Positions 37,548 through 49,200 of a DNA stretch of 64,000 nt are shown one piece after another. Source of the DNA: Macrostomum lignano (lineage: Eukaryota); NCBI GenBank assembly GCA_002269645.1, contig NIVC01000905.1, positions 186,001 to 250,000 on the forward strand, read 5' to 3'. Numbering within the stretch: position 1 is the first letter of the stretch; the number at the start of each line of letters is the position of its first letter. Under the pieces are notes generated by a model. The model was not told the origin of the DNA, made no database searches, and saw nothing but the letters and a program-made list of their open reading frames with translations. The translations under genes and the position numbers were made by a program.

Positions 37548-40266
37548 TTGATAGAAATCACAGCTTATAGCGTGCATATAACAGTGTTAAGCTTCTTGAA
37601 CTGATTAATGACTAATAAATATACCTCCATTGAGATTTATGGATTCGGCCTTCTTCAGACCTTGATTGGAGGCTGCTTGGGCCTCAGAGCATATCTTATA
37701 GAAATCAATCACTTGCATGTCCATGTAGGAATCATCATAATTGAATTAAATGATGGGTTTCGACCTTTCGGCCCCCTTGTGGGGAAGCCTTCGGGCCTCA
37801 GGTCTCAGAAATAAATCAATTAGAGTCCTGGCCCCCCACTCCTGTCAGATGGTCAGCCCCATGGTAGCTTGATCGTGTGGCGAGCAGTCTAGGTCCTATA
37901 GCTAAGAGAGGGACAGCGAGAGACAAGCAGGGAGAATTTTGAAGGTAGAAATTAGTTAACCCGCAGACTAAGCTAACTCGCTGCCACCAGCCCGTACGTC
38001 CTGGCTCACCACACCGGGACTCTCGAAATCGGGCTTCCACTTACCTGCCAACTAGTGTCTTTTTGCTGTCAATCTCGAAGTCATAGCCGATGTTAAGGGA
38101 CACTGCTGGGACTAGATCGCATTGGCCATGCAGGTACAGAGGGGACTTGTGCAGGGGATTCTTGCAGTGGCGAGACTATGGGGTAGCTACATGTACTATT
38201 ACATTGCTAAATACGAAGAATTGTACTTTTTGCCTTCAACGCGCCAACTAGCCTCTCATGGCGCTGATGATAGACTAACTCGAGCTTCAGAGACCGCATG
38301 ATTCATTACCCGAGCCGCTTGGCGAACCTAGAGTGCACAGAGTACATCTCTAGCGCCGATTTTGCACTATTGGCGATTTTGCTCACTGAATTGATAGAAT
38401 GATCGACTGAGAACTGGCTTGCCATTGGTCCACTGTGACCGGCGCCTACTAGCTTAGCCACTCATCTGAGCCATCGGCGAACAAAGAAATAAAACCGATA
38501 AAAATAACTGTCAGATTTAACCTTCTCCTTATCACTTCACACTTCAGATTGAATTTGGAGTTTCAGACTACTAGCAGTATTATTGAATGATTTCTGCCTC
38601 AGCAACAGCACTGCTGAACAAAATGAGCAAAAGTGTGCGCCTAATCCAGCTACTGAAACCGGGGACAGATAAGGATCATCCAATCAAGCAAGTCTAGGTA
38701 GCCTCTCACCCAACCAATCAGAAACTCAACAGCCGGAGACCAGGTAATCCACAGTGATCGAATCGGCTTAGTGCTTCGCAGCTGTAGACCCGGGATGATG
38801 CTGATGTCACAACCTTTGCAGGTAGCTAGCAGGTGATGCTCTTAACTTTGATGTTAACTACTGATGACCGGGGGAATTGTCCTTGATGATGATGGGGGGA
38901 AGTCGCAATCCGGGGATCAAGAAACGACGATCAATTCCTGGCCGGTGCAGCCGTGTCAGCCCGACGCAAGAAAGGTTGCAGTCCGAGCGGGCCAAAAAAC
39001 ACCGGTTTAAATAGCCGCCAACTGGACCACAGTTTGTTATAATGGAACACGTCGATTCTGATTGGCTGAGCCGATTTGTTAAAATGAGCGTCGAATTTTC
39101 TGATTGGCTAAGCTTGTTGCTACCCAGAATCACGTGACCGGGAGATTCTATCAGTTCCCTCGGGGTCGTAAAAACATGACAGGTGCGGCCATAAATCAAT
39201 CAAAATCGCAACAAAATAATTTATAACTTTCCGCGTAGGATTGACAAAAATTAATGAAAAAATATACATTAGAAAGCTCTTATTAAGTAGAAAGTGAAGA
39301 TAATGAAGAGAAATCGCTAATCGCTAATCCCAAAGTACTTTTAGGGGTAAAACGCATAGCTGTCAAAGCTGTCACACGCTTGAGTGAACCCGAACAATAG
39401 GCTCTGACCTCATAAATCTTGATGGCCTGTCAAAAATGATGAGAAAAAAGCTACCGCTCGCATCCTCTCAGACCATCTGGCGCCCGCCTCAACACTGAGT
39501 GAGGCGCAGGTGGCTGTCAGACCAGCTTCGAAAGCGATGATTTATGACCCAAAAAGCTGCGCCTATGTTATTATGACTACTGTATGACCAAACATTATAT
39601 CTAGTATAGATTCTATGACAATTCGCAGAAAAAGGATAAAAAATGCCCATTGTCCATTGTTAGTAGGCTAGTAAGTTTAGAGCCCATGTGCTAGCGCGGG
39701 ATTTGGAAAAAAGTGCGTCCTCATCATAAATATATTAAAATGTTATACTTTAAGTTTATCTAATTTAAGCCAGTTTTCTACGTTTTCAAATCATCAATTT
39801 TCCATGCTCCAATGGAGTAAATTTATCATCCCTTTTGAGGGAACGTTCGTTTAACGGTAAGGTGGGTATGAGATGTTCCACATAATTTGGCAGACAGAAA
39901 TTGAGTGAGAAGTCATTGAGTGAATAGTCAAGCTCTATCTTAACATTTAACATGTCTACTGCTAGTGTCGTGTCGCGTTTTGCATTGGCCTTACAATTTT
40001 AAATTAGGCTTAAGAAGCCCCTATTCCTTGATCTTAACCTCAACTTTAAACTTAAAATCTGACAATTAAGAAATAGCCTTGGTAAATCTAAATAGCTCGT
40101 AATAGTTTACAGTTATTTGCTATTTGTATTCGGTATTGTGTGTACTCTCAGATTTTATTCATCTTATAACTTATTAGGTATATGTTAGCCAGTTTAATAT
40201 TTTTACTTAGTGGTGGATGCAGTGGCAGCCGCCCCCCTTTGTCATGGCTGGACTTGCATATAAGGG

Positions 40267-40267
<1 letters not shown>

Positions 40268-40327
<60 letters not shown>

Positions 40328-41680
40328 AACAACAACAACAATAGAATGCGCATTTAGCGTCACAGGGCGCGCTTCAAGGCCAGGTCGCGGATGAACGCCA
40401 CGCCGCCGGCCGAATCCGGGGCGCCCGCGTCAGCCAGCAGGCAGTCGACGAAACGCCGAGTGCGCGCCTGCCCCCCGCCGGTAGGGTGCCTGCAGCGTTA
40501 GCAGCAGCACCTCCTGCACCGGCTCTGGGCAGTACGACTCGGCTCGAACGATGTGGCCTGCCAGCTGGAGTCGCCGACGGCGCAGCGGGTCGCTTGGACG
40601 GAGCAGGCCGGCGCAGCGATACAAAGCCGCGTTGGTCACTCGCTCGTAGCCGATCTTGAAAGCGGCGCGCAGCAGGCCAGCGTGCGCCGCGTCAACTTGC
40701 TGTCAGCGTCCAGGTCTCGGCGTTGTACAGCAGGACGGTCTAGATCACCGCCTGGAACAACGCCGCCCTCTGGCGGTCAGGTAGGGCCTCGGACTGCAGG
40801 ACCGCCCTCAAAGAACGAAAGGCAGCCCAGGCAAGCCCACGGCGACGCCGAAAATCCTCGCTGACGCCGGGAACCAGACCGCCGAGGTAGACGAACTGCT
40901 GACAACGTGGAAGCTGTCGCCTGTCCATCAGCGCCTCGGCACAAAATCGCAGCTTCGATGGCGTCCGGCACGCAGAGCACGACGGTCTTCGTTGACCACA
41001 AGGTCGACACTCGTCGCAACAACAACTAGCTTGTCCAGTTGTCGCTGGGCGCCCTCGACCGTTGAGGACAGCAGGGCGAGATTGTCGGCGTAGCCAAGCA
41101 CGCTGGGCCGCCTCTCCGGTTGACGTCGACCCAAGCGTCGCCCCAACAGAAAGCCGTCGACGTTGGTAGTAAGAGCGGTCCGCAGCACCCAGTCAAGCAC
41201 CAGAACGAACAGGCGAACAGGAACGGCGCAAGTGTATCTCTCTGAAGCACCCCGGAGGATGTCTCAAAGAAGTCCGATAGGTTGTCCGGTGTTGAAACAG
41301 CAGTTTCGTATCACGGTAAATCACCATGATAGCGGAAATCAGCTGCTCTGGCACGTTGTACGCACGGAGCACTTTTGGGAGCACAGACCGGACGACCGAG
41401 TCGAATGCCTTCTTGAAATCTATACGCTCGTAGTTAAAGATAACAATCAGGATCGACTGGCGTATCCGCGCTTCCTCGATGACTCGCCGAAAGCCAGGAT
41501 CTGCGTCACTGTGCCACGATGGGACCGGAAGTCATTCTGCTCAGGACGCAGGTACGGATCCAGCACGGGCTGCAACCGCGATAACAGCATCCGGTTGAAC
41601 AGCTTCGCAGCGCAGCTAGGACTGAAGGCAGTGGTGCCCAACTTCTTAAGAACTGCGACGATGTGCGCCGTGGTCCATTC
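40268..41680 (-). mobile_element. 5'-truncated RTE-like LINE (reverse transcriptase C-terminal half) with (TTG)n tail
   Basis: Frameshifted minus-strand peptides: AAKLFNRMLLSRLQPVLDPYLRPEQNDFR, LQRDTLAPFLF (QGDTL motif), LGYADNLALLS (YADD motif), CQQFVYLGG, RRRRLQLAGHIVR; (CAA)n at 40268-40340 is the 3' tail. Confidence 0.88.
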
Positions 41681-43160
41681 GTTGGAGAAGAGTGAGAGTA
41701 AATACGAGATAGATTTGAATTCGTTTTATATACTGCTAACTATTTCTAACAAATAACAAAAAGTATAACAAAAATACATCAACGCTAATAAATTAAATAA
41801 GAAGGTTAAATTTAAGTGCAATGTACATGTAGAAGGAGATGATATATGCTTTACACGTACGACGCAAAATAGGAAAGAAGTATGAAAGAAAATGACATCG
41901 TCCAAAAGTAAAGGGAATGGGGGTTATGCGGCGTCACATAGGACTGAAAATTCGTTCTTAGCGTGCAATTGGATTAAATTACAATTAAGAAATGCGTATC
42001 TATTTTTGAGCAGCTGAGAGACAATCGTAAGTTTCGATAGTTTGTGTAGGATTACATCGTTGAGAAAAGAGTTTCAGAGGCTGTGTACCTCTAAAGATAG
42101 AAATTTTTGATACTTTTATCAGGCTTGTTTATCGGTCACTGGTTTGCGTGGGAATTTATTTACTAATATAAGGAAAACATATCATCGACGAGGCTTCAGT
42201 CTATAGTCTAAAAGTCATAAACATGGGTAGATGTACCGGTACATGTATATTCTGTAAATTTGATTGTAAGGTAAGGTACAATTAAAATCAAACCTTCCGG
42301 TAGCACTGACAAAATCGTTGCTAATTCGCAATCAAGCATTTCCTTTTCGCAATCAATCAAATCAATTCTTTAGTTTGGCCGGAACACAGTTGCGTAAGTA
42401 CTCGTATTAAAGTACTTCAGCAATCAAGTAGTCCCATAGACTTTTTATGGTGACAATTAGATGCATGCAATCAATACGAATAAATAGCACTGAATTCTGA
42501 ATTGATTCCATCGACAAAAAAACACAAGAAGTATTTTCGAGTGTTTTTAACGGTGCTACTTTGAAAGTAAAAGTTTCAACAAAATTTTATTGTTAGAAAC
42601 AAATGACAGGTTCGTAACAAAACACAAATGAACATTTAAATAATTGTTAATTTAAAGTTTTAATAAATTGCAGTTGTTTAAAGTTAGACATCATATTGTA
42701 AAGCAAGTATTCTGATTTCAACTTAGGCGGAAATAAATTTTCGAGCGAAATTCTTTCTTTATTCTTGACCGTCCGTCCAGATCGTTAGTTATAGCCTTTG
42801 CTGTGCCATTTTTTGTGTGCGAAACAACCAAATGTTGTTTTTTTGTTGACTGCTTACTGTTTTGCCAGACTTTATATTGGCTACTATACTTGTAGTCCTA
42901 TGTAGGCTTGACGTGTGACGACATGTTAAATTTTAGATTTTCATTTAGCTACATTTCGAAGTAAAGTAGCTGTTCTTTTAAATTTTTTTCTGCAGAATTT
43001 TGTTTATGAAAAAACTAAAATCCATATACTAAATCGAATTAATTGAGGAATAGTGTGAAAAAAGATTGAAAGGTACTGTGCCACACCATGCATGCAAACA
43101 GCACAGCACACACACATCACATGGGCGGGCCTACTGCCCTACTTCCTATACACATGCAAT

Positions 43161-43737
43161 CAGTCGCGGATCTAGAGTTTCATTTTGGGGGGCGGTCCAA
43201 GTTTGGGGCGCCAACACGAGTATAAGGGGCGCCAATTTTTAAGCTAGCGGCGCAAAAATGGCAATGGCTAGAGTTCCGGCACTGGAACCCATTTCTAACA
43301 GCTATGGATCTGGCAGTGGTATTCCAGTAGTGCAATTTATGGGTATAATATAGCAGAAACATTTTACTTTTTAATGGGTGGTTGATATTGGGATTTGTTC
43401 AAGATAAGATCAAAACGAAATGATGAGATTCAAAACAAGATACTTCTAATTTTCAAAGACTTCATTAGTAGGCCTACATAACTGCCTGCAGAAGACTGCC
43501 CGACCCATAGCCATTAGAAAACAGGTTCCGGTGCCGGAACTCTAGCCATTACCCACAAAAATTCATTAATGCATGCAGGGGGCAAAAAATCAAGCTTAGG
43601 CCAGGGGCAAGAAAAGGCATCCAGGGGCGAAAAATGAAGTTTAGGGCCTAAGGAGCAAAATTTAAGTTTTTTTGGGGGGCACAATATGTTTTGTCAAGCT
43701 AGTTTTGTCAAGTCCTCTCCCCCAAAATCTGCCCCTG
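43161..43737. mobile_element. hAT-type MITE with 8-bp TSD
   Basis: TSD CATGCAAT at 43153-43160 and 43738-43745; imperfect TIR CAGTCGCGGATCT / AAATCTGCCCCTG (9/13); GGGGC-rich subterminal motifs. Confidence 0.75.
43259..43555. mobile_element. Second MITE nested within the hAT MITE (~50-bp TIRs)
   Basis: Inverted repeats AATGGCTAGAGTTCCGGCACTGGAACC...CTATGG and CCATAG...GGTTCCGGTGCCGGAACTCTAGCCATT; flanked by CAAAAA on both sides (43253-43258, 43556-43561). Confidence 0.7.
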
Positions 43738-44493
43738 CATGCAATGTCATATTCATATTTAATTGAATATTAAAATTTTATTCAAAGTTTTATTAAAAGT
43801 ATTCATTTTATTCAATTTATATTCAAAGTTATAACATTATTGTTGTGATCTAACATCTATTCATATTTTTAGCTATTACATTTTTAGTATATAGGATTGA
43901 CATGATATGCTATATTATATAAAAATCATAATAATCATATAGCAATTATAGCCATAGATCTCTATCATATGATGTATTGTTATTTAATAATAGTAGGCCT
44001 AATCATGCTGGCCTAATACTATCAAGTAATAAAGCATAATTTTTAGAACTAGGCCCTAGCTATTTAATAGCTTTTATAATATATGTTGACCTGATTTAAT
44101 GGATATAGTCATTTTGTTTAATTTCATATAATGTGCTTGATTCATATTTTTCCAATATCAAATATTTTTTTACAAAAGTATATTTATTATCTATTAAATA
44201 GTAATAATAGAGCAGTTCACTTAATAAATAGGAACAGATAGTCTGATAGAATGAGAGAACAAACAATAATTTGTTTTGATTTTCTTTTATTTAATGTTTA
44301 ATGCATTTTGACCCTTGTAGGTCATCGTCAAGGCAGTAATGAAATAGAAAGTTGAATAAACAGTGAATAAATATACCTATAATTAGTTGAATAAACAATA
44401 TAAATTAAATATTCATAGTTTTTAATAAAAAATCTAACAAACAGTGCAATCAATAGCATATACTCTAAGCTAAAACATGCTGAGTTCATACAT

Positions 44494-44649
44494 GCGCAAC
44501 TTTGGGATTCACTTGGCCGTTTCTATTGGCAACACACGCATGTAAGTCGCTATTGGACAGAACAATAGTCACGTGACTGCTCTCAGCCAATAGCGACTTA
44601 CATGCGTGTGTTGCCAATAGAAACGGCCGGGTGAATCCCAATGTTGCGC
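44494..44649. other. 156-bp foldback (63-bp inverted arms, 60/63 matching)
   Basis: Arms 44494-44556 and 44587-44649; central palindrome AGTCACGTGACT at 44567-44578. Confidence 0.9.
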
Positions 44650-45029
44650 CCAAGCATGGCTGAGTTGGTAGCTGGCACCTCCCATAGCTATCTAGCAGTT
44701 TAGACTCAAGTTCTCATCTTTGATGTACATAGCCTTTAAGATGTTCAAAGTGTGCTCATGGCAGCAGGAATTGATAATCTTAAATAAATCAATAGGTTTG
44801 TTGTTACAGCATGAGTTGCATGTGAGAAGGTGCTTTTATATAGCAGATCTTTTGGTTTAGTGCTCCTTGACTCTAGTGTATAAGTGTTGCTTAGTTTTTC
44901 TGATATACAAAATACTCTATTTGCCAGAGCAATGAAATTTATAAATATCACCTGCATTAAAAGGCTAAGGCACATGGGACTTCAAGTTTATCCAATATTT
45001 TTTCTGATATTTTTATTTTCTAAAATGTT

Positions 45030-45540
45030 TGTTCTCATAAATAGTTATAGTTCTCATAAATAGTTATAGTTCTCATAAATAGTTATAGTTCTCATAAATA
45101 GTTATAGTTCTCATAAATAGTTATAGTTTTCATAAATAGTTATAGTTCTCATAAATAGTTATAGTTTTCATAAATAGTTATAGTTCTCATAAATAAATAG
45201 TTATAGTTCTCATAAATAGTTATAGTTTTCATAAATAGTTATAGTTTTCATAAATAGTTATAGTTCTCATAAATAGTTATAGTTTTCATAAATAGTTATA
45301 GTTCTCATAAATAAAAAGTTATAGTTTTCATAAATAGTTATAGTTCTCATAAATAGTTATAGTTTTCATAAATAGTTATAGTTTTCATAAATAGTTATAG
45401 TTTTCATAAATAGTTATAGTTCTCATAAATAAATAGTTATAGTTCTCATAAATAGTTATAGTTCTCATAAATAGTTATAGTTTTCATAAATAGTTATAGT
45501 TCTCATAAATAGTTATAGTTCTTATAAATAGTTATAGTTC
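45030..45540. repeat. 19-bp AT-rich minisatellite (TAGTTATAGTTCTCATAAA)n
   Basis: Tandem units. Confidence 0.95.
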
Positions 45541-46242
45541 TATTTAAAGCAGAATTAATTTCCTTTAAAAATTAATATGGTCTTCATTGAGGGTCCTATG
45601 ATTTGCCAACATGTATATAAAAGGTAAAGTTGAATGAAAATGGGTTTTTTTGCAAAAAAAATAACTTTGCTAAATAAATAGTTAAGTAAAAATGTTATTC
45701 TCTATATTTTAGAGTATGTGCTATTTTTTTGCTATTCAGCTAGGAAATTAATAAGCTTTTAATTCATCAATTTAGTGCCAAATGTGACCCATTTGTAGTG
45801 GGCCTTAGAATATCTAGATAGATCCAATATTTCAACAGTGCAATGTCATTGTCAATCACATGTCAATGAATTTATTCTTTAGTACAAAGTCAAAGTTTGT
45901 GTTCAACCTACAAATATTTCAAAACCTTTCACATAGGACCTGTGGACTAAAAGCATTCTTGGATGCAGTTCTGACTTTGGACAACCTTACTAACTAATGC
46001 TAGTGGGATATAGTTGTATACCCAAGATTCTTTGCTAACCACATGAAAACAAAAAGGAAAAGATAACTTCAAAGTTCAAATCAAAGTCAAAATGTTGCAA
46101 ACAGACTTTTGGACATATTTTCTATCAATAAATTGTTTTTACAGAATGTAAATCTATAGGAATTACTCTTGTTTATAATAGTATAATAAATAAGAAATTA
46201 AAACGCTTAACCTGCCTACTTACTGCATGCAGTAGTATCAAA

Positions 46243-49200
46243 ATGGGCCGCGGCAGTTTGGCCATCGCAGTGTCGGCAGCCTGCCTGCTAATTGGCTATT
46301 CAATCGCTATTGGTCCCTACGATTGGATGCACAGGGACAATTTCGATTTGATCATGGAGAAAATGATCAGCGTGGATGAAAAGAATTGCAAAGAGATGAG
46401 CATTGACTCGCTGCGGCTGCCAGTGAACACTCTGGGTCAGGTGCCCAAGTTTAACGTTCTGCCTCAGATTGTGGTATTCCCCAATCGAACTAAGCTGATC
46501 CATCTGCACAACATGGCGCTGAACCGAGGCTACTTCTTCTCCTATATCCTGCAGCGATTGAACGAGTCTGAATTTGATTTTCCTTTGTTGCCAGGATTCA
46601 TGTACTATTACCTGAGCTCAGCTGCTACCGTGACCTCAGCGCCTGGCCTGCTCAATGGTTCATCCATTCTGTTTGACACTCACTGCCAGTACGCCAACTG
46701 GTTTCCTACTATACTCAATTTTAACCAGACTCTGCCGCTGTTTGGACCGAAGGCCTGGCGGCTGGACGACTATCAGGATAATGTTAACTGGCTGCGCGAG
46801 CCCACCAATAACACTATTATAGTGGAGGACCTGGGCGCCGGGCCGAATCACAACTACACGGCTAGATGGCACCGGCTTAATCCGCTGTTCTTGTACGATC
46901 CCGATCCTAGGATTAAGATTGACTTCATACCAGATCTCAGGTAGAACTGCCCCTTTTTCTAACGCAGATTTTTTAATGAATCTGTTAGAGTACATTTGGT
47001 AGCTTAGATAGAGGGTTGAAGAGCTTTAGGATAAAGGATTGAGCAGCTTCAAGATAAAGGATTGAGCAGCTTCAGGATAGAGAATTGAGCAGCTTCAGGA
47101 TAAAGGATTGAGCAGCTTCAAGATAAAGGATTGAGCAGCTTCTGGATAAAGGATTGAGCAGCTTCTGGATAAAGGATTGAGCAGCTTCAGGATAAATGAT
47201 TGAGCAGCTTCAGGATAAAGGATTGAGCAGCTTCTGGATAAAGGATTGAGCAGCTTCTGGATAAATGATTGAGCAACTTCTGGATAAAGGATTGAGCAGA
47301 TTTTATATTTGAGAATGACAATTAATCCGATTTACTAGACTACTTTACTAGTTTGTAAAGTAAGTAGATAAAGTAGTAGGTAGATGCGAGAATGTACTGA
47401 CAAATTTGTATCGCAGTGTATATCATTCTGTCACCTTGCTGTCACCCCGCCCGCGCAGAACGGACAACCAAGCCAAGCACCAGTACGACTACAACATCTA
47501 CAACTCTAGCTCCCCCGGCGTGATGGGCAAAACTCCCAACGTGACTCGAAGGTTCTTCGGCCCGCCATCGCCTGGCATTCAAGAGAATTATCATCCTGTG
47601 TACTTTAGTAGGCCCTACTTCGACTGCGGCAGGACCAACATGTGGCTAGTCAGCAGTGTTGGCCCCGTTATCGACTTTATGAGGCGCTACAGTATCGAGA
47701 CTAACCTGCGCAGTCCCAAGTGAGTGCCTGTCTTGCTGGCTGTTTATTGGATAGAGATGGGAAAGATGAGAGATGGAGATGAGAGAGAGGGAGACAGGAG
47801 AGAGGCAGATAGGAGAGAGGGAGAGAGGCAGATAAGAGAGAGGGAGAAAGGAGAGAGGCAGATAGGAGAGAGGGAGAGAGGCAGATAAGAGAGAGGGAGA
47901 AAGGAGAGAGGCAGATAGGAGAGAGGGAGAGAGGCAGATAAGAGAGAGGGAGACAGGAGAGAGGCAGATAAGAGAGAGGGAGACAGGAGAGAGGCAGATA
48001 AGAGAGAGGGAGACAGGAGAGAGGCAGATAGGAGAGAGGGAGATAAGAGAGAGGGAGACAGGAGAGAGGCAGATAGGAGAGAGGCAGATAAGAGAGAGGG
48101 AGACAGGAGAGAGGCAGATAGGAGAGAGGAGACATGAGAGAGGGAGACAGGAGAGAGGCAGATAAGAGAGAGGGAGACAGGAGAGAGGCAGATAAGAGAG
48201 GGAGACAGGAGAGAGGCAGATAAGAGAGAGGGAGATAAGAGAGAGGCAGATAGGAGAGAGGGAGACATGAGAGAGGGAGACAGGAGAGAGGCAGATAAGA
48301 GAGAGGGAGACAGGAGAGAGGCAGATAAGAGAGGGAGACAGGAGAGAGGGAGATAAGAGAGAGGCAGATAGGAGAGAGGGAGACATGAGAGAGGGAGACA
48401 GGAGAGAGGGAAGATAAGAGAGAGGGAGATAAAGATATATAAAAATGAAGCCGACAAAAATGACTCTCCGCCGATATGTATCGTCAATAACTTTCTAGCA
48501 CTATGCATGGCAAGTGAAAATTGAACTAAGCTTTGAAAAGGGTAGCTGTACGGCCTGTGTGAGCGTGTGCGCTTGCTTTCTCAAGTGTCTGCGGAATGGG
48601 CTTGACTGCTTGCTTGCCTCCTCGGTGCTCAATTTAGTTTGCTAATTGCCATCGTGGTCTGCAGCTGCCTAATTCAATAAATTAGGCCAATCAAACATCC
48701 ATTGATGTTTGAAAGGCTAGCTCCAACCACCTTTTGTCGGGCTTGTTTGCAGTTAAGTCTGCTTGAATGGGTAAATGGCTGTGCGCGTATCTGGCGGCAC
48801 TGACTCATAGGACTTATATAGCTTGTCTGATGTAGCTTCCTGCTTCTCTTTTGGCTATTTTCTCCCAAATCCTAAGTTACTGAGCCAGCGTCCTAGATCC
48901 TCAGTTGCTGGGCCAGCCCCCCAGATCCTCAGTTGCTGGGCCAGCCCCCCAGATCCTCAGTTGCTGGGCCAGCCCCCCAGATCCTCAGTTGCTGGGCCAG
49001 CCCCCCAGATCCTCAGTTGCTGGGCCAGTCCCCAGATCCTCAGTTGCTGGGCCAGCCCCCCAGATCCTCAGTTGCTGGGCCAGTCCCCAGATCCTCAGTT
49101 GCTGGGCCAGCCCCCCAGATCCTCAGTTGCTGGGCCAGTCCCCAGATCCTCAGTTGTTGGGCCAGCAAGCACTCCAAATCCTCAGTTTCTGGGCTAGCCT

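Noticed and set aside
40148-40394. ORFs with poly-Leu (TM-like) and poly-Asn tracts
   Set aside because: Both are translations of the (CAA)n tail of the LINE.
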